A stretch of DNA of 62,940 nt, filler included, from Octopus bimaculoides (taxonomy: Eukaryota), in the NCBI RefSeq assembly GCF_001194135.2. It is 5 parts of 4 records of this genome, joined end to end, with 100 filler letters (N's around TTAATTAATTAA, not from the genome) between each part and the next. Parts side by side here need not be neighbours in the genome. Positions count along the whole stretch, not along the records: positions 30,184 to 57,415 come from NC_068997.1; 4 more parts are not named here. One strand, 5' to 3'. Every line of letters starts with the position of its first letter. The first letter of the stretch is position 1. A model generated the notes under the pieces. It did not search any database and had not been told where the DNA came from. It was given only the letters and a program-made list of their open reading frames with translations. Shown in pieces: positions 37,381-49,140 of this stretch. The position numbers and the translations under genes are program-made.

Positions 37381-38063
37381 AGTACTTGCAAGACAAAAAA
37401 GAAAAAATCTTGAGAGAGGAGGGGCATTGGGGGAGGTGATCTTGTGTCGGATGATGGAAGGTTACAGTGAGGTAGAGAGACAGAGACAGGTGTCTTGCTG
37501 TAGAGGAGGTACAAGGTTACCTGGCCAGAGAGAGAGAGAGATCAGGAATGAAAACAGAATCAGGTGCACTGCTGCAAAGGAAATACATGGTTACCCAACT
37601 TGAGAAATGTGCAGGAGAAGGGGAGAGAGTGGGAGACAGCAGGATAGAGATGGTGGCAGTGGCAGGCATACTCACAAGGGATCAGAATATAAATGGGATA
37701 GTTGAGTAAAGGAAGGGAGGGATATAGATGGTGGCAAGTGCCAGGGCATACCATTGAGGTTCAAATGCCATAATATAAGTGGCACGATATTGCGAAGGAA
37801 GTGTGATTAAAGAGTGTAGAGGTGGGGAATGAGTGGAGAAAACCTGGGTATATAGAATGTCGAGGGGGCTACCAGGTAGCAATGATACAGGGGAACAGGG
37901 ACGTAAGGACAAGATTGGGGAGTGAGAGCTAGGCATAGTGTATGAAGGAGGAAATGTGAAGAAGAGAAGAAATGTGGAGATGTAGATTGGTTTGTTGGGG
38001 CAGGGTATGTGAAAAGTTTTCTTGTTGCATGTGGGTGGAACACACACATTATATATGTCTGCC

Positions 38064-38348
38064 GCGTGGCCGTTGCCAGTACCCCTGGACTGGCTCTTGT
38101 GTGGGTGGCACATAAAATACACCATTTTGAGTGTGGCCGTTGCCAGTAGCGCCTGACTGGCCTTCGTGCGGGTGACACGTAAAAGCACCCACTACACTCT
38201 CTGAGTGGTTGGCGCTAGGAAGGGCATCCGGCTGTAGAAACTCTGCCAAATCAGATTGGAGGCTGGTGTTGCCATCTGGTTTCACCAGTCCTCAGTCAAA
38301 TCGTCCAACCCATGCTAGCATGGAAAGCGGACGTTAAACGATGATGAT
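38064..38348 (+). mobile_element. Repeat family C, young copy
   Basis: About 96% identical to the reverse complement of 45346-45640 by hand alignment. Confidence 0.93.
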
Positions 38349-38365
38349 ATATATATATATATATA

Positions 38366-38630
38366 GCTGGAGTTGCGGACACCAGCCGATTGGGTAGCTT
38401 TCGCTGATGAAGCGTACAAAAAACGCATCCCGATTCAGTCAAGGGGAGGTTTTCCAGCATGTTGACGTTACCTGAATGAGTGTACTGTGTGCCACGCCAG
38501 GTTTCGAAGCAATCACAGAGCAATGTGAGATGAAGTGTTTTGCTCAAGAACACAAAACACCACCCATTGAATTGAATTGAAACCATGATCTGCTGATCGT
38601 GAGCGCAGCACTCTACACCAGGGCACAAGT
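38366..38630 (-). mobile_element. SINE family F-like
   Basis: gaagtgttttgctcaagaacacaa shared with the 28105 copy. Confidence 0.6.
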
Positions 38631-38813
38631 TATATTTATTAAATGACACGAACATGGAGCACTTACATTCAGAACTCAAGAGTTTCTCAAAACTAATTTG
38701 ATTGCTAATGTTTTTCAGTCGCTTGCGAGCACATTACACAATCAATAAACACAAGGCCGTCTCCGTTCAAGGGGAACAACTCTGTTAGGATTGATTATAA
38801 GAGAGTGGTATGC

Positions 38814-39040
38814 TTAACCCTTTAGCATTCAGATTTTTCTCTCAAATATATAATGCTTGGTTATTCACATTGCTTTGAATTAATCATACATTATCTCATA
38901 GCCTTGAGATTTCAATAATGTAATTATTAATTTTACAATGACATTGTAGGATACTTGTGAGAAGCTGGACATGGCCAGTTTGAACATAAAACAAGTAGAT
39001 TAATTGGGCTGGGTATGACTGGTTTAAATGCTAAAGAGTT
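38814..39040. mobile_element. piggyBac-type MITE
   Basis: TTAA-CCCTTTAGCATT left end; aatgctaaagagtt right end. Confidence 0.8.
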
Positions 39041-39066
39041 TGAGGTTAAAATAAGATAAAGTGGAA

Positions 39067-39220
39067 TCATCATCATCACTTTAGGTCCATTTTCCATACT
39101 GACATGGGTTGGATGGTTTGATAGAAGCTGGCTAGACAGGCGACTGCGCCAGGCCTCACTCTCTTTTGGCAGGGTTTTTATAGCTGGATGCCCTTCCTAA
39201 CACCACCCACCTTACAGAGT
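39067..39220 (-). mobile_element. Repeat family C, partial
   Basis: (CAT)n, catgggttggatggtttga and gctggatgcccttcctaac. Confidence 0.75.
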
Positions 39221-39788
39221 GGATTACGTATGTATATGTGTATGTGTGAAAACAATATATTGTGTAGGCTGCAATGTAGCAGAACATGTTATTCATTGTG
39301 GTTGTCTAGGTTTATTAAAACATGGACTAAAAAGGATAATATTACAATATAAAGGTTTATTAAATAATTGAGAATACATCTTTATGTACTATTTTTATGA
39401 TCTGTGAAATACTATTATATAACTGGTTCAAGCTCTGTACACGAATTGTATTAGATTTTAAGTCAGGTTTTATGCTATAAAGGCTAGTTAAGCGTAAAAG
39501 TGTTCTGTTGAACAATTAATTTGTTGTACATTACATCACACCATTGAATGTAATCAAATAACAAAATGTGGTGTATTCTGTGTAAGTGATTGGTGGGTCC
39601 TCTCTTAGAGCTATTTCTGTATCAAAGTTCTCATTCAGCAGAGATCATAAAGACAAGACCAGTAGAAGCTGCATCAACATACAGTTTTGTATTGTAAAAG
39701 ATCTCTAAGTCATTGGTACTGATTATATTTCAAAATTATTTTACTTTAATTCTATCTTTTTAAGTTAATGTTTCTGTTTATTTTTCAG

Positions 39789-39895
39789 GATTAATTTTTA
39801 CTGGTGAAGGAATTGAATTTGTAAGCTTTACCTCTCGTCATCCCAGTGTCCTTCTTGGAATATTTGCCTTTGGTATTGCCAGTGCTTTAGGACAG
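39789..39895 (+). CDS. SLC35B1: SLC35B1 internal exon, 107 nt, phase 1-0
   Basis: ttttcAG|...CAG|GTaac; (G)LIFTGEGIEFVSFTSRHP...FGIASALGQ resembles GILFTGELWEFLSFAERYP...FGLTSALGQ. Confidence 0.96.
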
Positions 39896-39982
39896 GTAAC
39901 TTTTGACAACTTTTTCCCCATTCTTCACTGAGAGATTTCAGTTGATTTGGTCTCTAATATCTGTAGCTTCATTGAAGTAGTG

Positions 39983-40100
39983 AGCTGGCAGAATTGTTAT
40001 CATGCCAGGCAAAATGTTTAATATCAGTTGAGCACTGAGGTCAATTTAATTGTCTTACTCACTCCCATGAAATTGCTGGCCTTGTGCCAAAATTTGAAAG
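39983..40100 (+). mobile_element. SINE family A with an internal deletion
   Basis: Head gagctggcagaattgtta joined to cagttgagcactgagg...gtgccaaaatttgaa. Confidence 0.75.
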
Positions 40101-40334
40101 CAACATTTGTAGCATCATGGAATTGGGATTTTGTGTAAATTATTTTCATCTTTTCATTTCCATTTTGAGGAAAGATGGCTAAATGCATGAGTTCTTTGAT
40201 TTCCAACTCAGAGGCTGTGAGTTCAAATTGCATGTAGGTGTTTCACTGTATATTTGGGTAATATGTGCATAATCTATACAGCCCAGCCCTCCTAACTGCT
40301 GGGATAAATGAATCTTCAGGTGTCTTATCCTGGA

Positions 40335-40530
40335 TGAAACTGGTGTCGTCAAATGAAACATGTTGTCTAGCTTCAAGTCAGATCTAGTCGAGCAGACCTT
40401 TTGATCAAATACTACATTTTTTAGCAATGTCTAGGATTATATTATATATGTCCTTTTCTTTCTTAAGACAGGATGTAATTTGAAGATTTGCTTGTTATTT
40501 TTAGCAAGTCAAGTAACCATGTAGTGGCTC
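40335..40530 (-). mobile_element. Repeat family E
   Basis: gagcagaccttttgatcaaa...cttaagacaggatgtaatttg...tatttttagcaagtc. Confidence 0.6.
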
Positions 40531-40609
40531 TTGTTGAATCGTAAATAATTTCTTACAGAGCCCTTTGTTTATTTTCCCTAAATTCTTCTTAAACATTATA
40601 GCTTTATCT

Positions 40610-40835
40610 GAACCCTTTAGCATTCAGATTATTTCATCCCATGTAATGCTTATTAATTCATATTCTTTTGAATTAATCATACATTATCATGTAGCTTTGA
40701 GATTTTCATGATTGTTTGTTTATTTTTTAGAATGGCACTCTAGGATAGGTGTGAGGGGCCAGATCTGGCCAATTTGAATATAAAACATAAAATATTTGGG
40801 CTGGATGTGACCAGTTTGAATGCTAAAGGATTAAT
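40610..40835. mobile_element. piggyBac-type MITE
   Basis: aaccctttagcattcaga...gaatgctaaaggattaa. Confidence 0.8.
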
Positions 40836-41171
40836 CCCCAAATTCCATGTTAATGTTGCACTTCTGATCATTTTCTCATCAATTTCATTTATTCTTTAGG
40901 TTCTCTGTTCTGTCTTTAGTTTCCACCTCAATGGTTTAGGCCTGTTATGAGCAAACTGTGCATTGCTGGCCTTTCTGAATGTCAAGTCTAAAGAAAAATT
41001 ACCTTGAATTTTTTTTTTAGTAGCATAAGACACCTGATGATCCATACATAGCACATGTGGCCCACTTCTCAAAAAGTTGCCCATGCTTGACTTTGGCACA
41101 TCAAGTAGAACTTTCTAGAAAATAGAAATGTTGCTATCAAGCAATATTAGATTTCACACATAATCATCTGC

Positions 41172-41430
41172 ATCATCATCATCATCATCATCATAATTTA
41201 ACATCTGTTTCCCATGCTGGCATGGGTTGGACAGCTTGACAAGAAGTAGCAAGGCCAAAAGTCATAACAAGTTAAACAATCTGTTTTGGTGCTTGATTTC
41301 AACTGCTGGATGTCCTTCCTAACTCCAACCATTTTACAGAGTGTAACTGGGTGCTTTTTATATGGCACCATCACCAGTGTTTTTTATGTGGTATTAACAC
41401 CCATACCAACGCTTTTTATGTAGCACCTTG
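41172..41430 (-). mobile_element. Repeat family C, old copy
   Basis: (CAT)n, catgctggcatgggttggac and ctggatgtccttcctaac. Confidence 0.75.
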
Positions 41431-41644
41431 GTTTTAGGATCTCAATTCTGCTGTGGTGGGCAGGTCTTCTCAAATGCAACAATGCACCACATATACTGGC
41501 CCTCTGTCATCTCCTTTGTAAGGTTCAAAGTTTTGAGATTGGCCGTCAATACTTCATCCTGTCTTCCTGCATCTCCTTCCTCACCTTCCCTCCACTCATA
41601 ATGATTTTATTGGAATTAATTTTGATTATTTTTATCTCTTTCAG

Positions 41645-41845
41645 ACATTCATTTTCCTAACTGTATCCAAATTTGGGCCTCTCACTTGTTCAATTCTAAC
41701 CACAACACGAAAATTCTTCACCATTCTCACATCAGTAATTATATTTCAAAACCCATTATCCCAGCGCCAGTGGATTGGCACCATAATGGTATTTACAGGA
41801 CTCACATTAGACAACATTTATGGCAAACAACAGAAACAAAAATGA
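41645..41845 (+). CDS. SLC35B1: SLC35B1 terminal coding exon, 201 nt including TGA
   Basis: ctctttcAG|; [66 protein letters not shown]-stop. [19 protein letters not shown] is the SLC35B1 signature. The supplied track shows a different frame here. Confidence 0.97.
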   Translation, partial: TFIFLTVSKFGPLTCSILTTTRKFFTILTSVIIFQNPLSQRQWIGTIMVFTGLTLDNIYGKQQKQK

Positions 41846-42467
41846 AAGTTTTTGATGAACTACATTCTAATGATCTCCATTCAGCTCTGGTTGAACAAGG
41901 TGAACAGCTCATTGGTTGCTGTAGCTGTCACATGATTGCTGGATTCACCAATGGCCACCACCTCGACATCAAGAGAAGAACCTCACTTGCAAGGTTGCTG
42001 TGTCAATCTGACTGGAAGTTTTTAAAGACTGCATTTTTTATCATTTCTTAATTATCAAGTTTAATTTATTTATTTGTGTTTCCTTAAAAAGATTGAATTT
42101 TCTTAATTTCTTGAATACTCACAAGTAAATTAATACTTGAGATTATCTTCAGCAGGGACTTAGAATAAGCTGCAACATCATTTCCTAAAAGAGAAACGGA
42201 AAAGGATAAATATTAATAGAAATTTATAATTTATATAGTTTGGTTCAAATGATTTTATGCAAAACATTCCTAGTGAAATCTTCAGCAACTGGTATTTTCA
42301 GGACATTAAGACAGTATGGAAATAATTTCATATAAATTTGGAGAAAAGTATATTTATCAGTATAGTCTTAAGGTCAGAGTGGATGGTCAAATCTGTAGAG
42401 TTCCGTCCTTCTTGGTTCCAAGCTGTAATTCTAATTACATGTTGGCTTTTCTTTCTGTGATTGATAA

Positions 42468-42473
42468 AATAAA
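42468..42473 (+). terminator. Candidate SLC35B1 polyadenylation signal AATAAA
   Basis: First canonical hexamer I found after the stop (about 620 nt downstream); unverified. Confidence 0.3.
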
Positions 42474-42571
42474 TACGATATACTTTAGTCAATTTCATTA
42501 GATCTCTGTTCTCTCCATAGATAATTAATCTTGTACTCAATCAAAAGAGATCATTATTATAGTTTCAAGAT

Positions 42572-42732
42572 GAGTTGGCATGCTGGACAAAATGCTTAGC
42601 GGCATTCCATCCTTCTTCACATTTTGAGTTCAAATTCTGCCAAGGCTGATTTTGCCTTTCATCTCTAATGGGGTCTATAAAATAATTACCCCCCACCAAA
42701 AAATTTCTGGCCTTGTGCTTATAGTAGAAAGG
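42572..42732 (+). mobile_element. SINE family A, 5'-truncated, flanked by a 19-bp direct repeat
   Basis: attattatagtttcaagat at 42553-42571 and 42733-42751. Confidence 0.85.
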
Positions 42733-42924
42733 ATTATTATAGTTTCAAGATAACTTAATGTTTTAATTTCATCCTTGTAATTCCACGGTTGATCTCACTG
42801 CATTGCAGTTTAGGTAAGAGTCTTTCTTTGTTACCTCAGATTCACTGTTTTGTGAGTAAAACTTGCGAGACGGAAACTACAGGAGTCTGCTGAATGGGTG
42901 TCTGTATATATCTTTTATCTGTTC

Positions 42925-43290
42925 CTTGCTTCAGTTATCTCGACTGTGGCCATGCTGGGGTTTTAGTCATACAAATCAACTCCAGGATGTGTTTTTTTTT
43001 TAAAGTTTAGTACTTATTCCATTGGTCTCTTTTGCCAAACTGCTAAGTTACAGGAATGTAATCAGCAATACCATTTATTAAATGGTGGTGGTAGACGAAC
43101 ACAGACACAAAGACACACACACACACACACATATACAATAGGTTTCTTTTAGTTTCCATCTACCAAATCCACTCACAAGGCTTTGGTCAGCCTGAGGCTA
43201 GAAGACACTTGCCCAAGGTGCTATGCAGTGGAACTGAACCCAAAACTATGTGGTTGGGAACCAAGCTTCTTACCACACAGCCAAGTATGC
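42925..43290 (-). mobile_element. SINE family B
   Basis: Reverse complement of the 17698 copy. Confidence 0.85.
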
Positions 43291-43479
43291 ACCTTATATA
43301 TATATTTATATATANNNNNNNNNNNNNNNNNNATATATATATATATATATAATGTGTGTTATGTGTTGTAATTGTCTCTAAGCATGTCTTAGCATTGACA
43401 CTTCTTGGACAGCGGTGATGTTTGTTTATATCCTACACAAGCTGTATGTCCCTCTGTATGCAGCTCAGTTTTGTTTCCA

Positions 43480-43650
43480 CTGACATAATCTAAGATGTTC
43501 CAGTCATGACCACTCTGAAAGTATATATATATATATATATATGTCAGACTACAAAATCTGACATTTCTTTTTCTGAGATGGTAGGATGTGATTTGAGAGA
43601 TTTGGCTTTTGTTTCTAGCAGTTTAATTGATCTCATAGTAGCTGCCTCAT
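43480..43650 (-). mobile_element. Repeat family E
   Basis: gatgttccagtcatgacc...ggatgtgatttgagagatttggc...tttctagcag. Confidence 0.6.
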
Positions 43651-43929
43651 TGCTTCATTTAGGATAATATATCAGTCTTTGGTTAGGGTTGTTAAGGAGA
43701 CATCATGATTAGATAATATAGGAAGAGACAGTAACCTAGGTTTGGTACTGTAACATAGTAACGTAACGTTAAAATTGATGCTATTCTGGACAAACAGCTT
43801 TAAATCTTACATAATTACATCATGGTAATAACTGGTTAAAATAAACATATCTCATTATATTTTTGCCATTCTGTAATTTCATCAAAGCAAAACCTCACAT
43901 CTGTAGCAACTGGACAGTTTATAAATCAT

Positions 43930-44180
43930 GGAAGAAAATTTGTTTGGATTTGGTACTTTATTTTTTTCTTAGTTTCAGTCATTGAACTGCAATCATGCTG
44001 GAGCATCATCTTCAAGGGATTAATTGAACAAATCGATCCCTGTACTTATTTTTAACTTTGGTATTCATTCTGTCAGCGTTTTTTGCTGAACTGCTAGGTT
44101 ACATGAATGTAAATTAACTAACACTGGTTGTCAGGTGCTGATGGTGACAACACAATGATACACACATAGGGCTTCTTTCA
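43930..44180 (-). mobile_element. SINE family B, 3' half, old
   Basis: tttcagtcattgaactgcaatcatgctggagc...ctggttgtcagg. Confidence 0.7.
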
Positions 44181-44662
44181 TATTTATGTTCCTTCACAAT
44201 GTAATTTTTATATTCCTGGTCATATATACTAACTGTGGTCTATGGCTTTGCTTATACTGTATTTTTAATAGTCACTAACAGAGATTCAGTGACCGTTTAC
44301 AATTGCTTAGAAGACTTTCCCCAGCAGGATTAATGAATGAATGCATCTGTGGATATAATCTTAACTAAGTTCATTACAGGTAATGAATGGGTGTAGTATT
44401 GTTCTGTCCATTCTGTTCAACTATTCATTTCTATTTCACTATCAGGAAATGTATGGAACCAATTTGCAAGACTGAATCAATGTTTTGTAATATCGGAAAA
44501 CTGGGTCTGTCCCGAGAACTTCTAGTAACAATTCAATAAATATGCTCCAGTGGACTTCTTGATTTTACTTTAGAATACATACTCTACCTGATTGATAATC
44601 TCTGCTGTTAAAATACCCTTGCTGAACACTGAGTTGGTTCCATACTAAACTTACCTGGGCCC

Positions 44663-44802
44663 CATATATGACAGTATGTAGTTGTACCAGTTTTAATGTC
44701 ATGCCACTGAACCACATATTGGAATTTAATAAATTCTTTCAACAGGAGAAAAGTGGTGCAGCATGGCATTAAAACTGGTGCAAGTACACGCTGTCATATA
44801 TG
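44663..44802. repeat. Fold-back inverted repeat, about 50-bp arms, 37-nt spacer
   Basis: 44663-44715 versus 44753-44802: about 44 matches and one 3-nt indel. Confidence 0.85.
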
Positions 44803-45345
44803 TCCAAATTAGTGGAAATGTCACCAGTTTTGTCCTGGTGTTGTGGAATAGACAAAGTACAAGTAAGTAGATATTACTGTAGCATTATGAGCCCAATATT
44901 TGAATGTCATTAACTGTGTCATTTAAACAATTTTACCTGCTGGTGGCTGGAAGAATAATGAATGAACTAAATGTACCATACAATACATAGCCAACGTTAA
45001 CTGTGATTATAAAAGTCACAGTTGAGGAGGTCACATTGACTGGACAGCGACTTGTAGATAGATAACCTAATCATCAATGCTACACAGTATGGTTGACTCA
45101 TCAGAAACTATTCAACTAAGCAGGCTAATGGCACACATCATAAAAGTGATGTGGAATGTGTCATGACTTTGTTAGCCTCATGAGAATGGATGCATTACCT
45201 TTGGCTTGCAGTTATCTGGTTACACATGAAAAGATAGTTTTATGGTTGATAAGGAATCCAAGCAAAGGGTTTAGAGATATGGTAAGAAAAAAATGGAAAT
45301 GATGGAATATGTCCTCTATATTATACCACATTGTGGAATAGAGTT

Positions 45346-45689
45346 CATCATCATCATCATCATCATCATCGTTTAACGTCCGCTTTCCATGCTAGCATGG
45401 GTTGGACGATTTGACTGAGGACTGGTGAAACCAGTTGACAACACCAGCCTCCAATCTGATTTGGCAGAGTTTCTACAGCTGGATGCCCTTCCTAACGCCA
45501 ACCACTCAGAGAGTGTAGTGGGTGCTTTTACGTGTCACCCGCACGAAGGCCAGTCAGGCGGTACTGACAACAGCCACACTCAAAATGGTGTATTTTATGT
45601 GCCACCCACACGAGAGCCAGCCCAGGGACACTGGCAACCATCTTGCTCGAAAATCCTACGAAGGCCAGTCAGGATGTACTGGCAACGGC
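45346..45689 (-). mobile_element. Repeat family C, young copy
   Basis: Long (CAT)n and intact CpGs. Confidence 0.93.
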
Positions 45690-45789
45690 TAGTTAGCTAA
45701 ATCAAATTACATAGTATGGTAACTAAAAAAAAATAGTGCAATGTTTATAGATGGTACAAGAAACTCCTCCAAGTCTAATCTCAATATTA

Positions 45790-46015
45790 AAGTATAGAAG
45801 GGGGGCAGCATGCTGGTAGAATCATTAACATGTTTAGCAAAATACCTAGTGATATTTCGTCCATCTTTACAAGTTCAAATTCTGCCCAGGTCAACTTTGC
45901 TTTTCATCCTTTCAGGGTCAGTAAAATAAGTACCAGTTGAGCAATGAATGAGGTTGATGTTATTGACTCACTCCCTGCCCTGAAATTGCTGGCCTTGTGC
46001 CAAAATTTGAAATCA
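45790..46015 (+). mobile_element. SINE family A
   Basis: Family core and gtgccaaaatttgaaatc end. Confidence 0.82.
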
Positions 46016-46246
46016 GTATTAAAGCATAAAAGAAAACAGGTAGATTCATCAGATCCAGTATCTGTTAGTGCTAACCTGTAAAATTGTAAGCTGTTAGCTT
46101 TTAATTGGCATGTGGCTTTGTAGCAAAAGTAGTGTGCTGTGTAAAGTGTCAATCGAGTCAACATTTTCATAATTCTTAAAGGTGACAGCTTGGAATATAG
46201 GTGAAGGGTTTAACAAGTACTGAAAGTACTACACTGAATACAAACA

Positions 46247-46450
46247 TCATCATCATCATTGAACATTTGTTCTCCATGCTGGCATGGGTTGGATGGTTTG
46301 ACAGGAGCTGGCCAGCTGAAGGGCTGCCTGGGCTTCAGTTTAACTTGGCTTGGTTTATATGACTGCATGAACTCCCTAATGCCGATTACTTTACAGAGTG
46401 TGCTGGGTGCTTTTATGTGGCACCACGACAGGCACTTTTATGTGGCACTA
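46247..46450 (-). mobile_element. Repeat family C, old copy
   Basis: (CAT)n and ccatgctggcatgggttggatggtttgac. Confidence 0.72.
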
Positions 46451-46923
46451 GTACCCACGAGTTCACAAGACTGAGAGGGAGATGTGGAGGACATACCTGT
46501 AAGCATGGACAGCCATGATTTTACTTCTCAAGCATAACAAGCTAAGTAATGTATACAAATATATGTAAAAGTTTATTAACCTATGTATACCATCATAATG
46601 TTTACCTCCTTTATATTTTACCAACATGCACTGTATAAACATAATAGTTCAATCAATGGATTCATGTGATATTTTTATGCTTCAATGCTGTGACAGGTCA
46701 TTGCATCTGACACCTTACACAAGTGTGTAACTAGTCTAAATGACGCAGTGGCACTGTACTTTACGTTAGCTGTACTGATCCTGTCCTATCAAAAGTTTGA
46801 ATATATTATTTCACGATATAATCTTAGGAAGTATATGTAAAACTACATTTTTTTCACCACAATTTTATGTACAGCAGAATGGGATTTGAGGGACAAAATG
46901 AAGAAAAATTTGAACTTATTTAT

Positions 46924-47140
46924 TTAACCCTTTAACATTCAGGTTACTATGTCAAATGTGATGCTTATTTAATTACATTGTTTTTAATTAATCCTGCATT
47001 GTCTCATAGCCTTGAAATGTTGATGTGATTGTCTCTTTTTAGAATAACATTGCAGGGTAAGTGTGAGAAGCCAGCTTTGGCCATAAAATAGGTAGAATAT
47101 TTGGGCTGGATATGGCCAATTTAAAGGCTAATGGGTTAAA
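46924..47140. mobile_element. piggyBac-type MITE
   Basis: TTAA-CCCTTTAACATT...GGGTTAA, with TTAA at both ends. Confidence 0.82.
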
Positions 47141-47266
47141 TAGTAAAACATGGGGAATAATAAATCCTAGAGATGTATAAACTGAAACAATAATAAAAAT
47201 AAAATACCGACATGTACAAAAGAGGGTTGGTGGAAGAATAAGTTGGAAGACTTTCATACTTGTTTG

Positions 47267-47316
47267 TTATTCCATGAACTCTGCAGCTTCTGCAGGACCA
47301 AGATCTGGAGCTGGTG
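47267..47316 (-). CDS. Candidate terminal coding exon of an unidentified convergent gene (xPAPDLGPAEAAEFME-stop)
   Basis: GC-richer, protein-like island preceded by ctaat...ttcttcactgtctacaAG and ending in TAA. I do not recognise the protein. Confidence 0.3.
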
Positions 47317-47702
47317 CTTGTAGACAGTGAAGAATGATTAGATATTAAAAAGTCATTTGAAAGTACACAAGTTTTGATGATTAAAGAATGAAATATTTAA
47401 TGGTTAGAAGAGTATTAATAAGAAGTCGGATGAATCTGTTCCAAGGCCAACTGTTGAGTCCCAAGAGTCATTTGGGAATGGAATGTAAATGACTTTGGTA
47501 GAATTACAAAATAAAACACAACACAATGATGCCTGAGAGTTTGAAATATTTTGTGGTAATTCTATTACAGTGAAGTTGTCTCAGCTTCAGTACACAATTT
47601 TGGATTAAATTCCTTGTATATATATATATGTCCACCAAAACCTAATTACACTCACACAACACACACGTGTGTGTATGTACAAGTATATTTGTATATATAT
47701 CT

Positions 47703-47830
47703 GCTGAGATCGACTTTGCCTTTCATCCTTTCAGGGTTGATAAAAGAAGTACCAGTTGAGTACTGAAGTCAATGTAATTGGCTATTCTCCCCCCCCCCAA
47801 ATTGCAGGCTTTGTGCGTATAGTAGAAAGG
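47703..47830 (+). mobile_element. SINE family A, 3' half with (ATT)n tail
   Basis: gatcgactttgcctttcatcctttcagggttgataaaag...ggattattattatta. Confidence 0.82.
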
Positions 47831-48090
47831 ATTATTATTATTATTTTGTGTGTTGTTGATTCAGTTTACTTCTGTAAAGTGCTGTCCTGATATAATCAAC
47901 AGTGTCCATCTCCGAACATTAGAATTATTACTCTGACTTCAATGGTAGTATTTAGATTTCAAATCCTAATAGAATAAACAATAGTTTCCATCACTCCTCC
48001 AGGAGTGATAATACAGAGTCATATTAAACCGGCAGTACTGTTCAGTTAAATCAACATTACTGGTCTTTTACTTATGTAAAAAAAATATTC

Positions 48091-48272
48091 ATTTCAAATT
48101 TTGGCAGAAGGTCAGCTATTTTGGAGGAGGGGGTCAGTCGATTACATCAACCCCAGTAGTCAAAAGATGAATGGCAAAGTCAACCTCCACAGAATTTGAA
48201 TGTGAAGATGGAAGAAATGCTGCCGAGCATTTCACCCACTGTGCTAACAATTCTGGTTGCTTGCTGCCTTAT
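48091..48272 (-). mobile_element. SINE family A
   Basis: Reverse orientation, 260 bp from the previous copy. Confidence 0.78.
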
Positions 48273-48834
48273 GTAAGAAATATTGTTATTAGTGCCACCA
48301 TATTCTTGACAATAACTGATTAATGTTCCTTAGATGTAATTGCAATTTGATGATGGAAGGTGCTAAATGACTTTTTACTCTCAGTGAATGGTGCTAATCA
48401 TTTGAAAAAACATGCAGACATTTAACTTGCATTTGTTGTAGAATTATTTTAAGACGTCATATATATTCTTCAGACATATTGGCATTAGGATTCACCACTG
48501 GACATAGATAATAGATGGTGGTCATTCTCAGTTCTGGATTAGATTTTGGTAAGCCATAATTCCATGATTAGGTATAACATTTGAAGTATCAGCACTTTTA
48601 AGAATGCATTTTATTCCTCTAATTGTCTCAATTTAATCCAGTAGAGACAATGTTGACAAGACAGGAATGATCAAATACTGGATTAAATTTTGGACAGCAT
48701 TCATTTTGTTTTTCATTCATGTCCTGATTCCCAATCCTGTTGAGGTTGACTTCATCTTCCATCCCTCTGGGGTTTAGAAAATATACAGGGTAGGCCAAAA
48801 GCTACTCTAAAACATATGGCATATTTATATTACG

Positions 48835-49140
48835 TTGGTGAGCTGGCAGAATTGTTAAAACGTCAGCTGAAATGCTTAGTATTTCATCTGACTTTTTGTT
48901 CCAGTCTCATATCTGTGGCTTCATTAAGGTGGTGAGCTGACAGAATCGTTACTTTGATGGGCAAAATGCTTAGCAGCCTTTCGTCTGTCTTCTTGTTCTG
49001 AGTTCAAATGCCACTGGTGTTGACTTTGTCTTTCATCCTTTAGGGATTGATAAAATAAGTACCAGTTGAACACTGGAGCTGATGTAATTGACTTATCTCT
49101 GCCTCCAAAATTGCTGGCCTTGTGCCAAAATTTGAAACCA
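48835..49140 (+). mobile_element. SINE family A, partial head followed by a full copy
   Basis: ggtgagctggcagaattgtt at about 48837 and ggtgagctgacagaatcgtt at about 48932. Confidence 0.82.

Noticed and set aside
41825-41845. Non-canonical C-terminal dilysine motif (KQQKQK)
   Set aside because: As I recall, the human tail is also not a strict KKxx, so I cannot support a functional difference.
41686-42051. Supplied 121-aa ORF
   Set aside because: It is an alternative frame overlapping the real SLC35B1 last exon.
31365-47140. Same orientation of four piggyBac-type MITEs
   Set aside because: Probability is about 1 in 8 by chance, and an opposite-orientation end occurs at 20212.
48474-48548. 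Plus-strand 75-nt AG...GT exon-like segment
   Set aside because: Stops in all three frames and no other support; good splice sites arise by chance in AT-rich DNA.
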